Shown piece after piece: positions 1-9,583 of a stretch of 51,579 nucleotides of DNA; the first letter of the stretch is position 1, and each line of letters starts with the position of its first letter. The stretch spans positions 1 to 51,579 of IMG/VR virus record IMGVR_UViG_3300032047_000023; one strand, 5' to 3'. The notes under the pieces were generated by a model. It was not told where the DNA came from. It ran no database searches and was given only the letters and a program-made list of their open reading frames with translations. This DNA is from a virus (lineage: Duplodnaviria; Caudoviricetes). A program made the position numbers and the translations under genes.

Positions 1-3000
1 AATGAGAACCATCATTATAAATAGAAGTATCATCACCATCTCCTAAACGTAAAACTCTTCCGTCATTTAAACTAATGTCGTTATTAAAGTTAGCACGACC
101 ACCACTAGACATATCAAGGGTGAGGGCTGTGACTACTGTGCCGTTATCAAGTCCCTTAAGTTGTATGTCTTTATCGTTTACTAAAGAATGGATTACAAAA
201 TTGCTAGAGTCATTTCCAACTCTACCATATTCAAGCCCACCATCTCTAAAAACTATTAAACTACCATTTGCATCAAGAAACATGTTTCCTGAAGTATCCA
301 GTGTTAGGTCGCCCAATAAAGATAGTAAAGAAACTTTATTAGCGTCAGTTGTTATTGAACCAACATGATTAGAACCATTTCTAAATTTCATCATATTACG
401 ACCTGTTCCAGCCGTTCGTCTAATTTGTATTTCTCCGTCTGCGCCTATGTAAGCTGTATTATCACCAGCACCAAGAGACGTCGATGGGTTAGCTCCTATT
501 ACAACGTTACCTGATGAGTCAATGCGCATACGTTCTGTACCGCTTGTATCAAAAGTATAACTAGCACCTTCAAACTGCATTTCAGCCCATGACGCAGTTC
601 TGTCAAAAGCTCTAATAACAGAATCTGTACCTTGTATTTCTATTCTTCTACCTGCACCACCCACTGCAAACTGAGCAACTGGGTTTGTAGTGCCAATACC
701 AACGTTGCCTGATGAGTCTATGCGCATTGTCTCCCCCGACCCACCAACATTTGTAAAAACAAGAGGTGCGGCAGAAGATGATGAGGTAGCAGTTCCACTT
801 TGAATATAATTTATGCCGCCTGTGCTAACAAGCCGCATGGCAGAGTTACTGCTGGAAATATACTGCTCACCAGCGGTTGAGTTATAAACGTGCAAACCCC
901 CACTAGGCGAACTCGTCCCAATACCAAGATTGCCTGTCATTGTATCACCAGCAACATTTACATAACGTGCATCTGATGCAGTTCTTGTGTAATGATCTGC
1001 AAGAGCAAATGTACCATAAGCTACAATATCAACTACATCATTTACTGATGCACCTGATGCTAATGTAATGCTTGTACCATTTGTAGCTGTGAAGTCTGTG
1101 CCAACCAATAGTTTAACACCATTGAGATACACATCAATATAGCCAGTATCATATGTAGCGGAGAATACTGTTTGACCTGCTGTAGCTGTATATGTGGTAC
1201 GTTCTGATGTACCATTAACCGCAGAACCTGCTGACTGCCAACCACCAGAACCGTATACGTTCATGATGTTAGTTGTACTGTTAAAGTATAATGCACCTGT
1301 GATAAGAGCATCACCATCATTGTCTACTGTAGGAGCAGATGATTTAGCACCTAAGTATCTATCATCAAAGTTGTCATAAGAAGCTGCCGCATTAGTAGCA
1401 CTTGTAGCCGCAGATGTTGCAGAGTTACTTGCTGCAGTAGCTGATGAAGCCGCATTGGTTTCACTTGTAGCTGCATTCGTAGCTGAAGTAGCGGCAACAG
1501 TAGCTGAACCTAAAATACCATCTACATAAGTCTTTGTAGTAGCATCTGTGTTAGCAGTTGGCGTACCAAGACCAGTGATCTTATTGTTACCCATAGCTAA
1601 TGCACCAGACATCGTATCGCCTGTCTTAGCTACCCGTGTATCTCTTTGTGCATCTGTATATGCTTTAGTTGCTACATCTTGTGCTGATGTAGGATCACCT
1701 GCACCTGTAATCTTGTTAGTACTCATTGCGATAGCACCTGTCATCGTGCCACCAGCTTTTGGTAGTTTAGTCGCAATGGAGTTAGTTACTGTAGTGCTGA
1801 AGTCATCATCATCATTAAGAGCATCAGCTAGTTCACCTAGTGTATCTAGCCCTACACCTGCATCACCAATCAACGTAGATATTTCATCATCTACATACTT
1901 CTTAGTTGCGGCATCAAGATCATTAGTTGGTGCAGTAAGGTTTTGAATAGTAGCTGATGTACCAGCGTTCATATTTAACGTACCATCAATAGTTACGTTA
2001 GTGAATGTAGATGTACCAGATGATGCAGTTACATTACCTGTTAGGTTTCCAGTTACATTACCTGTAACATCTCCTGTTACGTTACCTGTAACATTACCAG
2101 TTAGATTACCCGTTACGTTACCTGTAATACCACCTGATGAAGTCAGTGTAGTAAATGCACCAGTAGATGCAGATGATGCACCTATTGTAGAACCGTCTAT
2201 AGAGCCACCATTGATGTCTGCAGTAGCTAGGGTAGCTTGACCTGATGTAGAGAGCGTTGTGAAGCTACCTGTGGCGGCTGTAGAAGCACCTATAACAGTA
2301 CCATCTATGTTACCGCCGTTAATGTCTACAGTAGTAAGTGTAGATGTACCAGAAGCACCTAGGGTAGTGAATGAGCCTGTGCTTGGAGTAGTTGCACCTA
2401 ATGCAGCACCATCTATCGTACCGCCATTAATATCTGCTGTGGCGGCAACTAAAGATGTATTAGCATTCAGTGTCGTAAAAGTACCTGCCGCTGGTGTAGC
2501 TGAACCAATAGTAGCATTATCAATAGCACCTGAGTTTAGGTCTGCTGATGTAATAGTTGTAGTACCTACAAGTGTTGATGTACCTGTAACACTCAAGTTA
2601 TTGTTTAGTGTAGCACTTGTAAATGTAGCAGTTGTAGGTGAAGAAGCACCTATGATAGTTCCATCAATATTACCTGCATTAATATCTACAGTAGCTATTG
2701 TAGCTGTACCTTGTAAGTGTAGATCTTTAAACTTAGCTGAACTTGAACCTAAGTCTATATCATTAGTTGTAACTGGAACTATAACACCATCTTGGAAACG
2801 TACTTGTTCTACAGCTGCTGAAGATACTTCTACAAAAACACCAACTGTATTATTGTTAGTATTTATAACAACTTTGTTTAATGCATCAACATCACCGATA
2901 AGAGGAATGTAACCACCTTCACCTGTTGAACCATCGTGCTTGTGACCACTTGATACAGCAAATGCATCACGGAGTTTGTTATACTCAGCGTTAATAGGGG

Positions 3001-3061
3001 CTGCACGAACTGTAGCTGTTGGTATTATGTCTGCTGAAGACTGTCTTACATAACCTGCCAA
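1..3061 (-). CDS. Long tail fibre, N-terminal ~1020 aa; runs off the window edge, absent from the ORF track because it has no stop
   Basis: TTG start at 3061 with AGGAGA RBS. Sampled segments translate as MAGYVRQSSADIIPTATVRAAPINAEYNKLRDAF..., G[ND][VL]T repeats, an Ala/Ser/Thr coiled coil (ATSATNAATSETNAA), YDNFDDRYLG and MRIDSSGNVGIG modules, all typical of marine podophage fibres. Confidence 0.85.
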   Translation of the reverse strand, partial: MAGYVRQSSADIIPTATVRAAPINAEYNKLRDAFAVSSGHKHDGSTGEGGYIPLIGDVDALNKVVINTNNNTVGVFVEVSSAAVEQVRFQDGVIVPVTTNDIDLGSSSAKFKDLHLQGTATIATVDINAGNIDGTIIGASSPTTATFTSATLNNNLSVTGTSTLVGTTTITSADLNSGAIDNATIGSATPAAGTFTTLNANTSLVAATADINGGTIDGAALGATTPSTGSFTTLGASGTSTLTTVDINGGNIDGTVIGASTAATGSFTTLSTSGQATLATADINGGSIDGSTIGASSASTGAFTTLTSSGGITGNVTGNLTGNVTGNVTGDVTGNVTGNLTGNVTASSGTSTFTNVTIDGTLNMNAGTSATIQNLTAPTNDLDAATKKYVDDEISTLIGDAGVGLDTLGELADALNDDDDFSTTVTNSIATKLPKAGGTMTGAIAMSTNKITGAGDPTSAQDVATKAYTDAQRDTRVAKTGDTMSGALAMGNNKITGLGTPTANTDATTKTYVDGILGSATVAATSATNAATSETNAASSATAASNSATSAATSATNAAASYDNFDDRYLGAKSSAPTVDNDGDALITGALYFNSTTNIMNVYGSGGWQSAGSAVNGTSERTTYTATAGQTVFSATYDTGYIDVYLNGVKLLVGTDFTATNGTSITLASGASVNDVVDIVAYGTFALADHYTRTASDARYVNVAGDTMTGNLGIGTSSPSGGLHVYNSTAGEQYISSSNSAMRLVSTGGINYIQSGTATSSSSAAPLVFTNVGGSGETMRIDSSGNVGIGTTNPVAQFAVGGAGRRIEIQGTDSVIRAFDRTASWAEMQFEGASYTFDTSGTERMRIDSSGNVVIGANPSTSLGAGDNTAYIGADGEIQIRRTAGTGRNMMKFRNGSNHVGSITTDANKVSLLSLLGDLTLDTSGNMFLDANGSLIVFRDGGLEYGRVGNDSSNFVIHSLVNDKDIQLKGLDNGTVVTALTLDMSSGGRANFNNDISLNDGRVLRLGDGDDTSIYNDGSH

Positions 3062-3065
3062 AGTA

Positions 3066-4607
3066 TTATCTCCTGTCGGCTGTCTCATACGTTAAGGCTA
3101 TTGCCTGTATAGTATGACTTGCGTTTGTATTATTTGTAACATAGTTTACTGAAACAGAATTACCTGATCCTGATATATTGGTGAGAGTTTTAGGGGAGGG
3201 GTTACCATCGTATATACCCCCTGCTCCGTATATAGCTGTACCATAGACTGAAGCTGCACCCTCTGTAGTAAATTCGTAGTTAGTTGGGTTAGCTGTATTT
3301 ATATCATCGTAGTCATAAGACACACCAACAAACACTTCTGTATTACCTTCAGACTTAAGGTATGTATTTACTTTGTGTACTACCTTACGTACCTCTGGAT
3401 CTTGCATGTAAAAGTAAGGGGTTTGGTATAAACTAAATATACTTTGTCCATCAAAACTGTTACCTATTTCTTGACGATGTACCTTACCAGAATTATCACC
3501 ATGTATTACATGCTCAAACTGCCCTATGTATCCACTATCAACACAGTTAGCTTCTATACCGACCAATTGACTATACTCGAAGATACTTTGTTTATTCTGA
3601 CTTTTACGGATACCACCTATCAAAGACAAAGATGATTCATTCTTAAAGAAAAATCTAAACTGTGACTTCTTCCTAAGCACTACAATAGAAATATCTATTA
3701 TCTGTTCTGATAAATAGTAATTATCGAAGATAGACTGTATTTCTTTAGATACAGTAGCAAGTTCAACATCACCAATTTTATCAGTACCAGAAATAGGACG
3801 CATACCATCAGGACCTAAAAATAGTAAGTCACCACCAAATTCTACCACAGAGTCAGGAGCAAGACAACCCATATTTGATGTAACATTTTCTAATACAAAA
3901 TTAGATATATTATTTCCAGTTAATCTTTTTATATTGTTAGCACCAAAGATATAAAGTTGATTACGAAACTTTTTAATAGCTGTTATAGTGTACCCTACAT
4001 TAATAACACCAGCACCATTAACAGGACTAAAATCAGAATAGTTAAGAGGAGAGCTAAAGTATAAATTAGAGGATTCAGAAGAATTACCACAAAGAAATAA
4101 ATGAGAAGAAAACTCTTCTGAATATTTAGGGTTGCTAGGAGCTTGAGCGTGTGTTATTTGAGAATAAGAAGTTCCATTGTAAACAGATGCTGGGTTAACT
4201 CCGTCTGTAAGTACTAAAACTTCACCTGACCAATTAAAACTATTAAACCGTATTCTACTGACATTAGATACATTAGGGCTTCCTGCAGTTGGAATAGCTA
4301 CCCAAGAGTTACCAGACTTGTTCCATTTATGTAAATAGTTAGAACCTGTTGTAGGTTTTCTACATGCAAAAATACCATCGTCTAAGTTACCATTAACTGC
4401 TACACCTAGTACAGGACCTGTACCTGGAACAGTACCATAGTCATTTGAATAACCGCTTATACGACGATAACCACCTGATAAAGCTGGTTCATAGTTTATC
4501 ATACGTATAGCACTACCTGCTAAACTAGAGGCTTGTGTTAAAGGATCAATGTTAGTTACTAAACCTCCAGAACAAACAGCTAGGTATGTACTTAGTTTAT
4601 CTGCCAT
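3066..4607 (-). CDS. Tail nozzle / tubular protein B-like (beta-propeller)
   Basis: 513 aa, beta-rich; GCLAPDSVVEFGGDLLFLGPDG motif; lies between adaptor and fibre. Confidence 0.7.
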   Translation of the reverse strand: MADKLSTYLAVCSGGLVTNIDPLTQASSLAGSAIRMINYEPALSGGYRRISGYSNDYGTVPGTGPVLGVAVNGNLDDGIFACRKPTTGSNYLHKWNKSGNSWVAIPTAGSPNVSNVSRIRFNSFNWSGEVLVLTDGVNPASVYNGTSYSQITHAQAPSNPKYSEEFSSHLFLCGNSSESSNLYFSSPLNYSDFSPVNGAGVINVGYTITAIKKFRNQLYIFGANNIKRLTGNNISNFVLENVTSNMGCLAPDSVVEFGGDLLFLGPDGMRPISGTDKIGDVELATVSKEIQSIFDNYYLSEQIIDISIVVLRKKSQFRFFFKNESSLSLIGGIRKSQNKQSIFEYSQLVGIEANCVDSGYIGQFEHVIHGDNSGKVHRQEIGNSFDGQSIFSLYQTPYFYMQDPEVRKVVHKVNTYLKSEGNTEVFVGVSYDYDDINTANPTNYEFTTEGAASVYGTAIYGAGGIYDGNPSPKTLTNISGSGNSVSVNYVTNNTNASHTIQAIALTYETADRR

Positions 4608-5318
4608 TTAACTAAAACTCTTAGCTGTAGCATTAGAACCTTTTAATATTACAGTAGATAAAATAGAATCTTTACTATCTACAACAAGTCTTTTCATAGA
4701 CTTTATTCCTACTTTAAATTTATCTTTATGTAATTGTGCCGACTGATCATTAGACCTAAAATACATAAGGTACATCATTGCACCATCAATTATAATGTGT
4801 TTAAACCTATCAGGTATAATACAAACATCAGAGCTTAACACTAAATCACTTGGAAACTTCCAGTATTTGTACTCAACAACATAGTCTGCATCAGGTACTG
4901 GAGTAACACCAAACTTTTCTTCTTGTGTTTTATAAACATTTAAAGGTTTAGTGTAACCGCCTACACCAGAGGTATCATCATTAGCTCTACGATTTGATAA
5001 GTATTCATCGTATGATAGTGTTTTTAAAACATTTGGGTTTGTTGTATTTGTACTCTTTAAATAAAAAGATTCCCAATCAGCTTTTGAATAGTCTGATGGA
5101 AAAGCGTAAGTCTTCGTACCTACCGACAGCGTCTGTTCATAGGTTACTAACGTGAAGGGCCACTCTTGAGCCTCTTGCAGTATTTCACGTATAGAAGAGT
5201 TAATAGAATCTTTAGCTAATGACTGTACGTTTTTAGTTGTAGAAAAGTCTTCTTCATTAATTTCAACCTCGTTAAGACGACGAAGTAATTCATTAACTAG
5301 GTTTATATAAGTCGCCAT
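4608..5318 (-). CDS. Tail adaptor / tubular protein A-like
   Basis: MATYINLVNELLRRLNE N-terminus and WPF motif; directly after the capsid gene. Confidence 0.75.
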   Translation of the reverse strand: MATYINLVNELLRRLNEVEINEEDFSTTKNVQSLAKDSINSSIREILQEAQEWPFTLVTYEQTLSVGTKTYAFPSDYSKADWESFYLKSTNTTNPNVLKTLSYDEYLSNRRANDDTSGVGGYTKPLNVYKTQEEKFGVTPVPDADYVVEYKYWKFPSDLVLSSDVCIIPDRFKHIIIDGAMMYLMYFRSNDQSAQLHKDKFKVGIKSMKRLVVDSKDSILSTVILKGSNATAKSFS

Positions 5319-5348
5319 GTTATTTCCTACGAGATTTTAAATGTATAT

Positions 5349-5377
5349 AAAAGGGCTAACACTTAGTCAGCCCCTTT
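5349..5377 (-). terminator. Intrinsic terminator after the major capsid gene
   Basis: On - strand: AAAGGGGCTGAC-TAAGT-GTTAGCCCTTTT. Confidence 0.75.
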
Positions 5378-5391
5378 AAAGTATTTTGTTA

Positions 5392-6465
5392 TTATGCTAA
5401 GTTGTATTTAGCTGTAATCAATGCCTCTGGGCGTAAAATCTTACGTCCGTAAAGGTGCATACCACGGCAGATGTCAGCGAATGAATCTGGGTCACGATAT
5501 GTTTCTGTTTTATTGATTTGTTCTGCAGTTGCTACAGCTGAATCATGTCCAGCTACAATAGCACCGTAGTTAGCATTTTGGTTAGCTGTACCTGTTGTAC
5601 CTGCACCAGTACCTACTGATGGTAAGTTACTTGAAGTATATACACGGAAGCCGTGGAAGTTATTCAAGACTAAACCGTTGCGTAGTCCACCTGATTCACC
5701 GAAGTCTGCGTTAAATAGGCGAGAATCTTCATCACGAAGAACTTCCATAAACACAGGATCAATTACAAGCCATCTACCTGCAGTATCCACTTGGTTTTGG
5801 TCTAACAAACGACCCATACGTGCTATCAACATTGCTGGTGATACATATGCTGTCGGTAGAGCAGTTGCTCCTGGTAAACGAGCTGCAACTGGGATCGAAT
5901 GATCACCTGCTGAAGTTGTAGTAATGTTTCCGAAGTCACCTTTTTTCAGCTTGTTAGCTGCAAGTAATTCGTCTGAACCAGCAGCTGTATTAGCTTTAGT
6001 TCCATTTACTACGTTGTTTACTGTGCCTGCATTAGCGTGTAACGCAGCTTGTTTGTAACCAGTTAGGTAACCTAACACTTCTTGGTCATGCTGATCAGCC
6101 AAGCGGAAAGCCGCACGGTTTGTAGCTAAGTCCATGAAGTTTACATGTGAGTGTGCTTCTTCGATATCATCAATCTTGAAAGCAAAGTAATTAGCTTTGT
6201 CTACAACGAGTGAGAAATCTGCGTCTGCTAAATCTTGAGCAGCAATAGTTGTACCACGAGCATAAGCTGATACGCTTACCTCAGGCTCTTTTATAATTTT
6301 CACTGTATCGCCTTGTGAAGCAATCTCTCCGAAATAGTCAGAGTTAGTGATATCGCCACATACTGTGGACTTGCGGAATGCAAGTTGTACTTTTTTAGAA
6401 TAAATTACGGAACTAAAGTTACCATTCGGTAAATTTGTATATCCGCTTGCGGATGCAAAAGCCAT
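5392..6465 (-). CDS. Major capsid protein (HK97 fold, P22-coat-like)
   Basis: 357 aa; NSDYFGEI..GDTVKI and ETYRDPDSFADICRGMHLYGRKILRPE motifs; follows the scaffold gene. Confidence 0.92.
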   Translation of the reverse strand: MAFASASGYTNLPNGNFSSVIYSKKVQLAFRKSTVCGDITNSDYFGEIASQGDTVKIIKEPEVSVSAYARGTTIAAQDLADADFSLVVDKANYFAFKIDDIEEAHSHVNFMDLATNRAAFRLADQHDQEVLGYLTGYKQAALHANAGTVNNVVNGTKANTAAGSDELLAANKLKKGDFGNITTTSAGDHSIPVAARLPGATALPTAYVSPAMLIARMGRLLDQNQVDTAGRWLVIDPVFMEVLRDEDSRLFNADFGESGGLRNGLVLNNFHGFRVYTSSNLPSVGTGAGTTGTANQNANYGAIVAGHDSAVATAEQINKTETYRDPDSFADICRGMHLYGRKILRPEALITAKYNLA

Positions 6466-6690
6466 GATTAATATCCTTTTTGATGGTTGGCTTAATAAAT
6501 AAGATACGTAGTTGTATCTCGGTTAAGAGAACCTAATCAATCTGGATAAGGGGCTGAGTTTTCAAGGGTGCTCTTAGGTCTACTTGCCAGCTTTACTAAG
6601 AGGGCCTCTATTGTCAGGTAATTCTTAAAGATTTATTAGTGTTCTAAAGACTCAGTAAGAGTCCTCGAAGATGCCCTAGTAGGACACCAA
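6466..6690 (-). other. Long structured 5' leader of capsid mRNA
   Basis: ~225 nt non-coding between promoter and ATG. Stems: GACTC/GAGTC, CTGA..TCAG enclosing TCTTAG..CTAAGA, GATAC..GTATC. Confidence 0.5.
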
Positions 6691-6692
6691 CA

Positions 6693-6721
6693 GTTATACC
6701 ATACTTATACTTGTCTGTCAA
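6693..6721 (-). promoter_or_regulatory. Sigma70-type promoter for the capsid gene
   Basis: TTGACA-17nt-TATAAC on - strand. Confidence 0.8.
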
Positions 6722-6744
6722 GCACTTATTTAAGCATGTTGGTA

Positions 6745-7683
6745 TTATCTAGCTTTGCCTGATACGTCATAAATAAACTTACCACTTGACATAGCCTTTT
6801 GTATTTTATCGTAGTTTTCTTCAAAATCCCTATCGGACATCTTAGCTACTTCTGATTCTTTTATAATTGAAGCTGAACCTTCGCTATCAACAGCAGGTGT
6901 AGACCTTTTAGAAACAGTTTTAGCTGCATCTTTACTTGCTTTTTTCTTAGCTGCAATAGTCATACCATTGTCTACTTTATACAAGTCAATAACCCTTACA
7001 ACACTTGCTGCATCATCTGAGTTTTCATATAAAGCATCACGTACCCACTTAGGTTGACTTTCTACCCAATCATGGAACTTATCTGAATCACGTAACTCAT
7101 CAAAGTCTGCATGTGATTTACGTATAGTTATTTCAGCTTTAGTTCTTTCAGCTTCATAAGCTGCTTCATCAAATTCACGTAGTCTTTCTTCTGCTACTGC
7201 AAACTTTTCATCTGCTTTTTTAGAAGCAATAGTTTCAACTATAGCTGCTACGTCTGGATACTTTTCTGCCCATGCTTCAATATCTTCATCGGAAGTAGGA
7301 GCTCTAAGAGAAAGACTACTATTGTGTTCTTCTAGTGACTCTTTCCATTCTTTTTCTTTTTCAGCCATATGTCGACGGAGATCACCATAACGCTTTTTAA
7401 ATGACTTTTCTTCTCTACTTAGACCCTCATCAGACTCATCTTCTTCTTTTGATTCAGTTTGTTTTTCTTTTACTTCAGACTTTTCTGTAGTTTCTTCAAC
7501 ATCATTAGTGTTTTCTTCTTCATCTTCTATAGTTTCTTCTGCTTCATCACCTGTATGCTCAGACATTAAAGCTTTTAGTTCTTCTTCATCTTTTTTCATA
7601 CGAGATTGTTTGATTGCGTAATTAGTACCTCTTGAAATCATTGTTTCTTTAGTATCTACATTTTTTACAATTTCTTGAGCCAT
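6745..7683 (-). CDS. Capsid scaffolding protein
   Basis: Acidic, helical; FKKRYGDLRRH and HADFDELRDSDKFHDWVESQP motifs; upstream of capsid. Confidence 0.8.
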   Translation of the reverse strand: MAQEIVKNVDTKETMISRGTNYAIKQSRMKKDEEELKALMSEHTGDEAEETIEDEEENTNDVEETTEKSEVKEKQTESKEEDESDEGLSREEKSFKKRYGDLRRHMAEKEKEWKESLEEHNSSLSLRAPTSDEDIEAWAEKYPDVAAIVETIASKKADEKFAVAEERLREFDEAAYEAERTKAEITIRKSHADFDELRDSDKFHDWVESQPKWVRDALYENSDDAASVVRVIDLYKVDNGMTIAAKKKASKDAAKTVSKRSTPAVDSEGSASIIKESEVAKMSDRDFEENYDKIQKAMSSGKFIYDVSGKAR

Positions 7684-7704
7684 GTTATATATCCTTTTAT
7701 TTAT

Positions 7705-7734
7705 GTTGGGGTCAGCCGTAGCTGAGTGGCCTTA
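7705..7734 (-). promoter_or_regulatory. cUACGg tetraloop hairpin just upstream of the scaffold RBS
   Basis: TAAGGCCAC-TCAGC-TACG-GCTGA-CCCCAAC on - strand. Confidence 0.5.
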
Positions 7735-7781
7735 GTTATTTAGGAGTTGATGAGGGCTGCTCGCCCCCACCTTTAGTAGTA

Positions 7782-9359
7782 TTATTTCTTAGTTGGTTTA
7801 GAAGCTAATCCACCTTTGTTATACATATCTCTTGCATACTTAGGTTTAGAAACTTTAGGACTTGCCTTTGTTCTAACTGTTCTAGCTTTAGGTTTAACAG
7901 TTGATGATGATGAACTGTTAGTACGTCTTGCTCTAGCATCGTCTGTTGTATCTCTAGCATATACAGGTTTCTTAACAATAGGAGACTTACCTGCAGGTTT
8001 GTTTGAACTCATGCTAGGTCTTGCGTATACTGGAGCTTTTGAAACACCTTTAGTACGTCTTGCTCTAGCATCATCTGTGTTATCTCTAGCAGAAGTAGCT
8101 GAACGAGTTCTTGCCATTCTACGATCATCTAAACCTTTAGGAGCTGACTTTGTTGCTGCTTTATTGCCTCTAGCAAATACTCTACCATCACCTGATGATG
8201 TGTTGCTTGCCATACGGTTGCCTTTCATCATTTCAGTCATACCGTAGTTACTCATAGCCATCTTAGTTAAAGTTGTAGTTGAGTCAAAGAACCCACCTAG
8301 TTTTAAATTGTTAGACTTAGCGTATCCACCTGCAGCTTCACGTAACTTAGCAGCTTGATCTGTATAACCATGTGAATCTAGTACAGCTGCATTAGCTAAT
8401 ACTTCAGCATGCTTCTGCGTTTTAAATATCTTACCAAAAATACCTTTATCAAAAAACCCAGATACCGCACCTGCAGCTTTTTCTAAAAAGCTTTGCTCCT
8501 CATCGGTTTCACCCATATTAAGAGTATCCAAGGATTGTTCCATAAGCACAGCAGGGTCTGTGTAATCGTACTTTTTCATCCAAGCTTCTGGGTCATGTTC
8601 TGGTGGTCTTTTTCTACTACTTCCTTTTGATACAGGAACACAGGAGTTTGTAGCAGGGTCTAAGGCATAACCTTCTGGGCATTGAATAGGAGCAGGAGTA
8701 GATGTTGTATCTATAGGAGCTACTGGAGTAGGTATCTCTGGCGCACCTACTACTGTAGGAGCTGCACCAGTTGTACCGGACTCTACAGAAAACCCTGGAG
8801 TATACGTATAAGGGTTATAGCTGCTTGTTGTGCCTGTTGCGTTTAAATTAGTAGTACCGCCTACATTAAACTTACGAGGACCTGCTTGTCCTTTTACTTT
8901 AGGACCTGCATCATCATCTTTCATGTAGATACCTTTTGCTTTTAATAAATTAGATACTGAAGGGTCAGACTTAGCGGCTGCCTTTACTCGATCTATAATA
9001 CTGTTTACGTCTGAGTCTTTCATTACCATTCCACCTGTTGCATAACCATCTAGTTTCATTAAGTCTTCATCTGACACTCCCTCAGAGACTTCTTCTACAG
9101 GCTCACCACCCATACGTCCATCTTCTTCCATGTCCTCTAATCCTGCTTTAGCTTTATTTCTTAGTTTTTCAAAGTAAGCTACACCAAAGTATTTTACTAC
9201 GTCAGCAGGTACAACGTACTCACCTGACGATAACTGAGCAGACACATCGTCTCTGACATCCTCAGCATTAGAACCAGGAGGTATATCATTACCTGAAACT
9301 GGGTCTTTATCAAGACCGTCTGTAGCTAAACCACCTTCTTCATATATCTTACTATCCAT
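7782..9359 (-). CDS. Probable minor/internal virion protein with repeated [YF]xxGG motifs and a basic C-terminus
   Basis: DDVSAQLSSGEYVVPADVV motif; between portal and scaffold; internal DDARARRT repeats. Confidence 0.6.
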   Translation of the reverse strand: MDSKIYEEGGLATDGLDKDPVSGNDIPPGSNAEDVRDDVSAQLSSGEYVVPADVVKYFGVAYFEKLRNKAKAGLEDMEEDGRMGGEPVEEVSEGVSDEDLMKLDGYATGGMVMKDSDVNSIIDRVKAAAKSDPSVSNLLKAKGIYMKDDDAGPKVKGQAGPRKFNVGGTTNLNATGTTSSYNPYTYTPGFSVESGTTGAAPTVVGAPEIPTPVAPIDTTSTPAPIQCPEGYALDPATNSCVPVSKGSSRKRPPEHDPEAWMKKYDYTDPAVLMEQSLDTLNMGETDEEQSFLEKAAGAVSGFFDKGIFGKIFKTQKHAEVLANAAVLDSHGYTDQAAKLREAAGGYAKSNNLKLGGFFDSTTTLTKMAMSNYGMTEMMKGNRMASNTSSGDGRVFARGNKAATKSAPKGLDDRRMARTRSATSARDNTDDARARRTKGVSKAPVYARPSMSSNKPAGKSPIVKKPVYARDTTDDARARRTNSSSSSTVKPKARTVRTKASPKVSKPKYARDMYNKGGLASKPTKK

Positions 9360-9361
9360 TG

Positions 9362-9568
9362 TTAAAAAGTCTCCGTTTTCTCACCATTGATTTTATCACG
9401 TAGCATTTTTAGACTCCGTAACGCTTTTATCTCACCCTGTAACCTGTGGAGTTCTAAGGGCTCATCTCTTTGCTCTATTTGTTTGTATGCAAAGTTAATA
9501 CGTGTATCTAACTCTTTTTGAAAAGCATCATATAACACTTTGTCGTTTACTAATTGTTTTAAAATCAT
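9362..9568 (-). CDS. Small conserved portal-adjacent protein
   Basis: 68 aa; LHRLQGEIKALRSL motif seen downstream of portals in podophages. Confidence 0.6.
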   Translation of the reverse strand: MILKQLVNDKVLYDAFQKELDTRINFAYKQIEQRDEPLELHRLQGEIKALRSLKMLRDKINGEKTETF

Positions 9569-9583
9569 TAGAGTTCCTATTTT

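Noticed and set aside
75-2912. + strand ORFs of 61-217 aa (e.g. 1548-1946, 2259-2912)
   Set aside because: Antisense shadows of the repetitive tail-fibre frame; no RBS; Val/Pro-rich mirror composition
1-3061. Diversity-generating retroelement or invertible fibre cassette
   Set aside because: No reverse transcriptase or invertase, and no template/variable repeat pair with adenine-specific differences seen
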